NCBI RefSeq assembly: GCF_008065095.1
Contig: NZ_CP042911.1
Span: 6,300,001-6,332,000, forward strand
DNA from: Gemmata obscuriglobus
Lineage (GTDB): Bacteria; Planctomycetota; Planctomycetia; Gemmatales; Gemmataceae
Direction of reading: 5' to 3'
Length of the DNA stretch: 32,000 bases
Position 1 is the first letter of the stretch. Every line of letters begins with the position of its first letter. Made by a program: the position numbers and the translations under genes. The notes under the pieces are model-generated. The model worked only from the letters and a program-made list of their open reading frames with translations, had not been told where the DNA came from and made no database searches. Positions 25,894-32,000 of this stretch are shown piece by piece.

Positions 25894-26981
25894 CGCACGA
25901 CGCCGTTGTCATCGGGGCCGGTCCCGCCGGGGCGGTCGCGGCGCGCGAGCTGGCCCGGCGGGGCTGCTCCGTGCTGCTCGTCGACAAGGCACAGTTCCCG
26001 CGGCCGAAAGTGTGCGGGTGCTGTCTCAACGGGTCCGCGGTCGGCACGCTCCGGCGGCTCGGACTGGGGCACGTTCTGGACCGCGGGGTGCCGCTCCGAA
26101 ACGTGCGCATCGGCGCCGGCCGGCGCGCCGCGGTCGTGAAACTGCCCGGCGGGGCGGCGCTGTCGCGAGAGTCCTTTGATGTCGCCCTGATTCGCGAGGC
26201 CGAGAAGGCGGGGGCACGGCTACGCGAAGGCGTTACCGCGAAACCCGGCCCCTTGGGCGAAGTGTATCTCGGGGCCGAGAGCGTCGGCACAAAGGTCACG
26301 ATCGTTGCCTCGGGGCTGACGGGCAGCGACGCTCACCCCGAGCCGGGGGCGCGGATCGGCGCCGGGGTGGTGGTGCCCGCGAACGCAGCGCCCAGCTTCT
26401 TCGCCCCCGGCACCATTTTCATGGCCACCGGGAGCGGCGGGTACGTCGGGCTGGTGCGCGTCGAGGACGGGCGGTTGGACGTGGCCGCGGCGTTCGATGT
26501 GTCGTTCGTGAAGTCGCAGGGCGGGCTCGGCCCCGCCGCCGAGGCGGTGCTGGGCGCGGTCGGGTGGCCGGTCCCGCCCGGGCTAGCGGAACTCCCGTGG
26601 AAGGGCACACCGGCGCTCACCCGCCACCCGGAGCGATTGGCGGGCGAGCGGTGGTTCGCCATCGGCGACGCCGCCGGCTACGTGGAGCCGTTCACCGGTG
26701 AAGGCATGGCCTGGGCGGTCGCGTCCGCGGCGGCGGTCGCTCCCATCGCGGCACGCGGCGTGCTGCATTGGTCCCCTTCCCTGGTCCGCGAATGGGAAGC
26801 CACGCACCGGCGTGCCGTCGGTCGCCGACAGCACGTGTGCCGGATCGTATCGCGGGTGCTGCGGTCGCCGGCGCTGACGGCGACCGCGGTTCGTGCGCTG
26901 TGCGCGTTCCCGTTTCTGTCGCGCCCAGTCGTTCGCGGTCTGAACCGCCCTGCCCCGTGCCCCCACGGTACACCCGCATGA
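25878..26981 (+). CDS. FAD-dependent oxidoreductase (geranylgeranyl-reductase / aromatic hydroxylase-like)
   Basis: ATG 25878 gives [51 protein letters not shown] (Rossmann GxGxxG plus the FPR.K.CG block). A later [15 protein letters not shown] motif is also present. 367 aa. The track start 25713 lies inside the methyltransferase gene. Confidence 0.85.
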   Translation: [367 protein letters not shown]

Positions 26982-28081
26982 GCTTTGCGATTCACGGCCT
27001 CGGCACCGCGCACCCGCCCGACCCGATGACCGCGGCCCAGGGGCTCGGGCTCGCGCGCGCCCTCGCGGGGTCGGACGTGCGCACCTCCACCTGGCTCAAC
27101 CCGATCTACGCGAACTCCGGAGTGACGCAGCGGTTCCAGGTGATCGGCGGACCGGTGGTGCGCGACGTGCTGAACGGCACCACTCACACGAACTCGCCTT
27201 TTCTCCCCACTACCGCTAACGACGGGGTCGGACCGACCACGGGTCAGCGGATGGCGATCTACGCCCGCGAGGCCGGCCCGCTCGCGCTGCGGGCGTCACA
27301 ACGCGCGCTGGCAGAGTCGGGCTTCGCGCCGGAATCGATCACGCACCTGTTGACGGTGTCGTGTACTGGCTTCGCCGCGCCGGGCGTCGATTTCGCGCTC
27401 ATGACCGGGCTGGGGCTGAAGCCGACGGTGGCGCGAACGCACGTCGGGTTCATGGGGTGCCACGGGGCTCTGAACGGGCTGCGCGTGGCGAACGCGTTCG
27501 CGACCGCCGACCCGGCCGCCCGCGTGCTCGTGTGCGCGGTGGAATTGAGTAGCCTGCATTACTACTACGGCAGCGCCGCGGACAAGCTGATTGCGAACGC
27601 GATCTTCGCGGACGGTGCGGCGGCGGTGGTCGGAGCGAGCGTGGGGGGAAGCTCTTTCCCACTGACGCTCGTCGCGTCCGGTTCTTGCCTGATCCCGGAC
27701 TCGGCCGCCGACATGGGCTGGACGGTTGGCGATCACGGGTTCGAGATGTCCCTGTCGCGGCGCGTCCCGGGGCAGATTGCGGCGCACCTGCGGCCGTGGC
27801 TCGAAGCGTGGCTGGCCGACAACGGGCTCGCGCTCGCGGACGTCAGGAGTTGGGCGGTCCACCCGGGCGGGCCGAAGATCGTCAGCGCCGTCGGCGAGTG
27901 CCTGGGGCTGTCGGCCGAGGCGCTCGCGCCGTCGCTCGGCGTGTTCGCGTCGAACGGCAACATGTCCAGCCCGACCGTGCTGTTCATCCTCGAAAAGCTG
28001 CGCGCGGCCGGCGCCCCGCGGCCCTGCGTCGCGCTCGGGTTCGGCCCCGGGCTGGTAGCCGAAGCAGCACTGTTCGTGTAG
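26978..28081 (+). CDS. Type III polyketide synthase (chalcone/stilbene synthase superfamily)
   Basis: ATG 26978 overlaps the upstream stop as ATGA (26978-26981). 367 aa. The catalytic triad context is present: LLTVSCTGFAAPGVD (Cys), WAVHPGGPKIV (His) and FASNGNMSSPTVLF (Asn). The C-terminal GFGPGL motif is also there. Confidence 0.95.
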   Translation: MSFAIHGLGTAHPPDPMTAAQGLGLARALAGSDVRTSTWLNPIYANSGVTQRFQVIGGPVVRDVLNGTTHTNSPFLPTTANDGVGPTTGQRMAIYAREAGPLALRASQRALAESGFAPESITHLLTVSCTGFAAPGVDFALMTGLGLKPTVARTHVGFMGCHGALNGLRVANAFATADPAARVLVCAVELSSLHYYYGSAADKLIANAIFADGAAAVVGASVGGSSFPLTLVASGSCLIPDSAADMGWTVGDHGFEMSLSRRVPGQIAAHLRPWLEAWLADNGLALADVRSWAVHPGGPKIVSAVGECLGLSAEALAPSLGVFASNGNMSSPTVLFILEKLRAAGAPRPCVALGFGPGLVAEAALFV

Positions 28082-28227
28082 CAGTGTTTGACCGGATCGA
28101 CCGGATGAAAGAACGCACTACCGGCGTCTGAAATCTCCAGACCGCGCCGCGGAATGAAGCCCTCTCGGGGGCGTTGTCCGCCCAGGGCGAGGGCCATGCG
28201 GCGCTTAATCGCGATGGGCGAAGGCCG

Positions 28228-28380
28228 TTTTTGACAGGATCGACAGGATAAACAGGATTTAAAACTGATCTGTCTTCATCCCCCCTATGTTCTGCACTGG
28301 GGCGGAACGCACTAAGCGGATAAACAGGATTTAAAACTGATCTGTCTTCATCCTGTTTATCCTGTCGATCCTGTCAAAAA
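28228..28380. repeat. Composite palindromic repeat element (31-nt perfect inverted arms; internal 36-nt direct repeat)
   Basis: The left arm TTTTTGACAGGATCGACAGGATAAACAGGAT (28228-28258) is the exact reverse complement of 28350-28380. GGATAAACAGGATTTAAAACTGATCTGTCTTCATCC occurs twice (28246-28281 and 28318-28353). Each arm carries three ACAGGAT units at 9-nt spacing. A degenerate arm copy, TTTGACCGGATCGACCGGATGAAA, lies at 28088-28110. Confidence 0.9.
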
Positions 28381-28451
28381 CTGCCTTCAGATTTGAGGCG
28401 CGCATACCACGTCGTTACGATCCGCCTGAAAAACGCTGACGGGTCTCGGCA

Positions 28452-29399
28452 TCAGCCCGCGTACCCGATCGCGCTCAGCAAATCGGCGGTCAACACGAAC
28501 GTGCGCTTCGGGATCGTTTCCAGCCGGAACCGCGCAATTAAATCACGCGCACGCACCGGCTCCGGCCGGTCGAGCCAGCCGCACGACCACCCCAGCAACC
28601 CGAGCAGAGCCTCCGGTTTAACGCCGGCGGAACGCAGCGCCGCGAGCCGCGTGTCGCCGTGGCGCTTGGCGAGCCGTCGGCCGTCCGCACCCACCACCAG
28701 CGGGACGTGCGCGAACGCCGGCGGGGCCAGCCCCAGCGCGCGATACAGCAGGAGTTGCCGCGGCGTGGACGGGATGAGGTCGTCGCCGCGCACCACTTCC
28801 GTCACGCCCATCGCGGCGTCGTCCACCACGACCGCGAGCTGATAAGCCGGCGTGCCGGCGCTTTTCCACACCACGAAATCGCCGCCCGCGTGCTTCAAAT
28901 CGATCTGCTGCTCGCCCGCAAACAGGTCGGTGAACGCCGGGCTGTCGGCGACGCGAAACCGCCATGCGAACGGTTTGCCGTCACGCTGGAGTACGACCGC
29001 GTCCGCCGCAGAACGGTGCGCGCACGTGCCGGGGTAGGTGACTTCTTCCCCGGCATGTGGGGCGCTGGCCGCCGACGCGATGTCGCTGCGCGTGCAGGTA
29101 CACGGGTAAATCTGTTCGGCCTGCTTCAGGGTTTCGAGGGCGGCTTCGTAGAGCGGGAGTCGCGTCGTCTGGGTGACAACTTCACCGTCCCAGTCGAGCC
29201 CGAGCCAGCGGAGGTCGTCGAGCGCCTGCTCCGCCGCGCCGGGCTTGATCCGCGGCGAGTCGATGTCCTCGATGCGGACCCGAACGGTTCCGCCGCCGGC
29301 CCGCGCCGCGAGCCACGCGACCAGGTACGTGCGGGCGTTCCCGACGTGCTGCGCGCCGGTCGGCGAGGGGGCCAGTCGGCCGGTGAGTGCGGTTGACAT
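28452..29399 (-). CDS. gluQ: Glutamyl-Q tRNA(Asp) synthetase (GluQRS / YadB)
   Basis: The truncated GluRS catalytic domain is present: GRLAPSPTGAQHVGNARTYLVAWL (HIGH-type), VRIEDIDSPR, YPCTCTR...YPGTC (Zn-binding Cys cluster), PAYQLAVVVDDAAMGVTEVVRGDDL and RLAKRHG (KMSKS-like). There is no anticodon-binding domain. 315 aa from ATG 29399 (MSTALTGRLAPSP). ATG 29450 is an alternative. Confidence 0.9.
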   Translation of the reverse strand: MSTALTGRLAPSPTGAQHVGNARTYLVAWLAARAGGGTVRVRIEDIDSPRIKPGAAEQALDDLRWLGLDWDGEVVTQTTRLPLYEAALETLKQAEQIYPCTCTRSDIASAASAPHAGEEVTYPGTCAHRSAADAVVLQRDGKPFAWRFRVADSPAFTDLFAGEQQIDLKHAGGDFVVWKSAGTPAYQLAVVVDDAAMGVTEVVRGDDLIPSTPRQLLLYRALGLAPPAFAHVPLVVGADGRRLAKRHGDTRLAALRSAGVKPEALLGLLGWSCGWLDRPEPVRARDLIARFRLETIPKRTFVLTADLLSAIGYAG

Positions 29400-29488
29400 G
29401 CGCTCATCATAGCCGCCGTTGGGGTTGTGCGTTCGGTCCCGCAACGGCATGATCCGGCGCGGTTCGCCACTTCCCCCAGGAGGCGTCC

Positions 29489-32000
29489 ATGTCGGGTCGA
29501 AGAACGTCCACGCTCACACTCGCGGTCGCGCTGCTCGTCGGAGCGGCCGGCGGCGCGGCGGCCCAGGAGCCGTTTCAAACGCCCCTTAACAGCGGGACCA
29601 CGAACGGCGAAGGCACGGTCGTGCGCGCCGGGGACAGTGGCGTTTACCAGAGCGGTAATTACGGCTTCTTCATTCAAGCACGGGCAATCACTCCGGCTTG
29701 CAAGGATCTGTCGCGGGTCACGAAGGGCGGCTTCGGCTCGTACTGCGCGAGCCAGTTTCAGGTGAAACATGAGGACGGACTGTCGGGGGCAGTGACGCCA
29801 GCCCCGGGGAACGTTCCGAACGCACGCGCCACCAGGGGTTTGCAGTTCGGGTCGGTGCCCGGCGCAACCTCCGAACGCGCCCAGCCCAAGTTCCGGCACG
29901 TGGGCGGTCTGGTCGCTGGCGCCATTGCGGAGCGGGAGCAATGGGTGCCGCACGAAGACGCGGCTCAGAAATGGGGCGCCCGGCTTTCGATCGGCTGGGG
30001 TGGGACAACCGTTTTCTCCGCCGCAGCGCCCCTGGACGACATCGCGCAGGTGACCCAACCGGTCGTTCCAAGCCTCGCGCAAATCACGACCGGCGGTTTC
30101 GGCTCGTACTGCGCGTGCCTGCTCCCCCAACTTGATCGAGACGTCTCCCTGAGCTCCGGGGCGATTATTTTCAGCGGGTCAGTCAATACCGATTCCGACT
30201 CGCTCTCCTTGCTGTGGTCAGGCGCAACCAACGAGACTCTGCGTCAGGCCACGAAGGGCGGCTTCGGCTCGTACTGCGCGCCGTTGCTGCCGCGGGCCTA
30301 CGTACCGGAGAGCCCGTACGTGCGTGTAGTTCGCGAGGCCGCTCCGGGAACGCACTTTATAGCGGCCGACGACGTGCGTGTGGCGACCCGGCAAGCGACC
30401 GGAAACGCACTGGTGTTCTCGCAGGCCGTCGCCGATCATCCGCCACCGAGCCCCACTTCCGAGCCCCGGCAAGTGTTCAACTTCGTCACCGGGCTATTCG
30501 GCAGCCCGCGGGACGCAACTCCGTCAGAAAGAACGTCTGACAAGACGGCCACGGCCTCCGTTCCGGCCGAAGTGGTGCCCACGTTCCGGCCGCTTCCACC
30601 GGCGCCGCCCGGCGTGATTCGCACCGTTGAGGCCGTCGAAGACGCGGTGATGACGCCGCCGACGTGCCCCCCGTGCCCGCTGCCGAAGGTCACACCGAAT
30701 CCGCTGCTCGGGACGTGGTACCACGAAGCGCCGACGCTCGGGGTCGTGACCGCCCTGACCTTCGCGCACGACGAACTGAAAATGAGCGTGGCCCACCAGT
30801 TCAACGGGCACGTCCTGACGGTCAACGTCACCGCGCACTACACCCTCACGCCAGACGGGCTCGTCTACGGGGCCGTGACCGGCGCGGACGTGGGCATCAA
30901 AGCCGACCCGAAAGCGGAGTCACCGGCCGGTGAGTTGGCCAAAGCGGCGTTGATCTCCCAAATGGTCGTGGACGCCCCCTTTTCCTGTCGGACCAAAGCC
31001 ACTTCCGCCGGACTGATGGTGAGCGGCGTCAAGTTCGGTCTGAAGCTGGAAGCGGACGAGAACGAACAACTTCAGATGGCGTTCGGCGGGCTGTTCAAGT
31101 GCGCGAAGGACGGGCAGGCTCCGCCGCAGCCGGTCGCCATCAAGACCAAGGCCGCCGGCAAGTGTGACTGCGGCTTTAATCCGAACGACTACGCGGATCT
31201 CAAACCGAAAGCTCAGCCGATCGAGTCCACCGGTGGTGCTACGTCGCGGCCCGCTCCCGTTACGCCAAGCGCCGGCACCGAGTCGTTCGGGCCGCCGTTC
31301 CTGACGAAGATTAAGGGCCTGGACCCGTACAGCCCGCAAGCGGTTCCGGCTGTTCCGCCTCCCGCGCCGGCGCGCCAGCCGGGGGTCTCGGAAGACAGCA
31401 CCAAGCAGATGGCGCTGGAGGCGTTCGGCCAACTGCTCCAACAAAGCGGCGTGGTGCGCCCGGCCACAAGCGGGATGACGCTGCCTTCCGGACGGTATGA
31501 ACCTTACCCTCAGTACTTTCCGCCGGACCCGGTCCCCCCGCTGCCGCGCGAGTTGGCGAACGAAGGCGCGGTGCGGCCCGCGACGGCGATCGATCCGTGC
31601 GCCGTCGAGCGTTTCAACTCCGTTGCCAAGCAGGCTACTTTAGCCCAGTTCGGTACTCCGAATTCGATCCTCAGCACGTGGTACCACGAGGTGCCGGCAC
31701 ACGGGGCCGTGATCGCCATGACGTTCACGCGCGACGAGTTGCAAACGCGCCTGACCCTCAGCGTCGAAGGGAACGTCCTCACGGTCGCCACGACCGCACG
31801 CTATACGTTCACGCCGGATGGGCAGGTGTTCGGCGTCGTCACCGGCGTTGATGTGGAGATGAAGGGCGGTAAGGCTGAAAAAACCGTCTCACACCTGCGC
31901 GGCGAACTGCAGGTGATGACACAAACTCTGCTGGGCGCACCGTTCGCGTTCCGCGCAAACGTCACCTCAATCGGGCTAACGGTGGAGGGCGCGAAGTGCG
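29489..32000 (+). CDS. Large secreted repeat protein (hypothetical); continues beyond the window end
   Basis: It is not in the ORF track because there is no stop in the window. ATG 29489 is preceded by AGGAGG (29478-29483). By my manual translation the frame stays open for 837 codons to position 32000. Signal peptide MSGRRTSTLTLAVALLVGAAGGAAA-QEP. It has three GGFGSYCA motifs, Pro-rich linkers and two ~150-aa homologous domains starting (G/S)TWYHE (nt 30713 and 31676). Confidence 0.75.
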   Translation, partial: MSGRRTSTLTLAVALLVGAAGGAAAQEPFQTPLNSGTTNGEGTVVRAGDSGVYQSGNYGFFIQARAITPACKDLSRVTKGGFGSYCASQFQVKHEDGLSGAVTPAPGNVPNARATRGLQFGSVPGATSERAQPKFRHVGGLVAGAIAEREQWVPHEDAAQKWGARLSIGWGGTTVFSAAAPLDDIAQVTQPVVPSLAQITTGGFGSYCACLLPQLDRDVSLSSGAIIFSGSVNTDSDSLSLLWSGATNETLRQATKGGFGSYCAPLLPRAYVPESPYVRVVREAAPGTHFIAADDVRVATRQATGNALVFSQAVADHPPPSPTSEPRQVFNFVTGLFGSPRDATPSERTSDKTATASVPAEVVPTFRPLPPAPPGVIRTVEAVEDAVMTPPTCPPCPLPKVTPNPLLGTWYHEAPTLGVVTALTFAHDELKMSVAHQFNGHVLTVNVTAHYTLTPDGLVYGAVTGADVGIKADPKAESPAGELAKAALISQMVVDAPFSCRTKATSAGLMVSGVKFGLKLEADENEQLQMAFGGLFKCAKDGQAPPQPVAIKTKAAGKCDCGFNPNDYADLKPKAQPIESTGGATSRPAPVTPSAGTESFGPPFLTKIKGLDPYSPQAVPAVPPPAPARQPGVSEDSTKQMALEAFGQLLQQSGVVRPATSGMTLPSGRYEPYPQYFPPDPVPPLPRELANEGAVRPATAIDPCAVERFNSVAKQATLAQFGTPNSILSTWYHEVPAHGAVIAMTFTRDELQTRLTLSVEGNVLTVATTARYTFTPDGQVFGVVTGVDVEMKGGKAEKTVSHLRGELQVMTQTLLGAPFAFRANVTSIGLTVEGAKC

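Noticed and set aside
28246-28353. A CRISPR-like pattern: two identical 36-nt repeats separated by a 36-nt unique spacer.
   Set aside because: There are only two copies. The repeats are embedded in, and partly constitute, a larger perfect inverted repeat (28228-28258 and 28350-28380). There are no cas genes or leader in the window, and the repeat lacks typical CRISPR termini. I interpret it as a partial tandem duplication of a palindromic element. An automated CRISPR finder might still flag it.
28228-28380. The palindromic element as a bidirectional intrinsic terminator for the PKS and gluQ genes.
   Set aside because: The T5 run precedes the hairpin and the A5 run follows it on the plus strand, and by symmetry the same holds on the minus strand. 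This is the opposite of the hairpin-then-U-tract polarity required, so it is not a canonical terminator. Some termination activity cannot be excluded.

Overview
This is 32 kb of high-GC (roughly 65%) chromosomal DNA. The gene content points to a Planctomycetota genome, probably Gemmataceae-like (inference): a giant PSCyt/DUF1549/DUF1553 protein next to a Tat-signal DUF1501 protein, an ECF sigma factor with a long membrane-spanning C-terminal extension, a BBP2/DUF1597-like porin, and many long Arg/Pro/Gly-rich antisense shadow ORFs. I support 21 protein-coding genes. Two of them run off the window edges and are therefore missing from the supplied ORF track (1..529 minus and 29489..32000 plus). 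I also call 2 pseudogenes (an IS630-family transposase tail and an Rpn-family nuclease with an in-frame TAG), several repeats and a few weak regulatory candidates. I saw no rRNA or tRNA genes, cas genes, intact IS or prophage. Recognisable modules: a KaiC homolog plus hybrid histidine kinase (overlapping stop/start); glgX plus GH37 trehalase; a methyltransferase + flavoprotein + type III PKS cassette (overlapping stop/start codons); an FAD/Rieske fusion oxidoreductase flanked by membrane proteins; and GluQ-tRNA(Asp) synthetase. The most novel-looking items are: (1) an ECF sigma factor fused in one ORF, through a TM helix, to a secretin-homology domain, followed by a sigma-less paralog that shares a 197-bp, ~99%-identical tract with it; (2) a composite palindromic repeat built from ACAGGAT triplets between the PKS cassette and gluQ; (3) a large secreted repeat protein with a thrice-repeated GGFGSYCA motif; (4) an Rpn-like nuclease gene split by one amber codon and wedged between the DUF1553 and DUF1501 partner genes. 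All functional calls rest on by-eye motif recognition from memory. None was verified by a database search.
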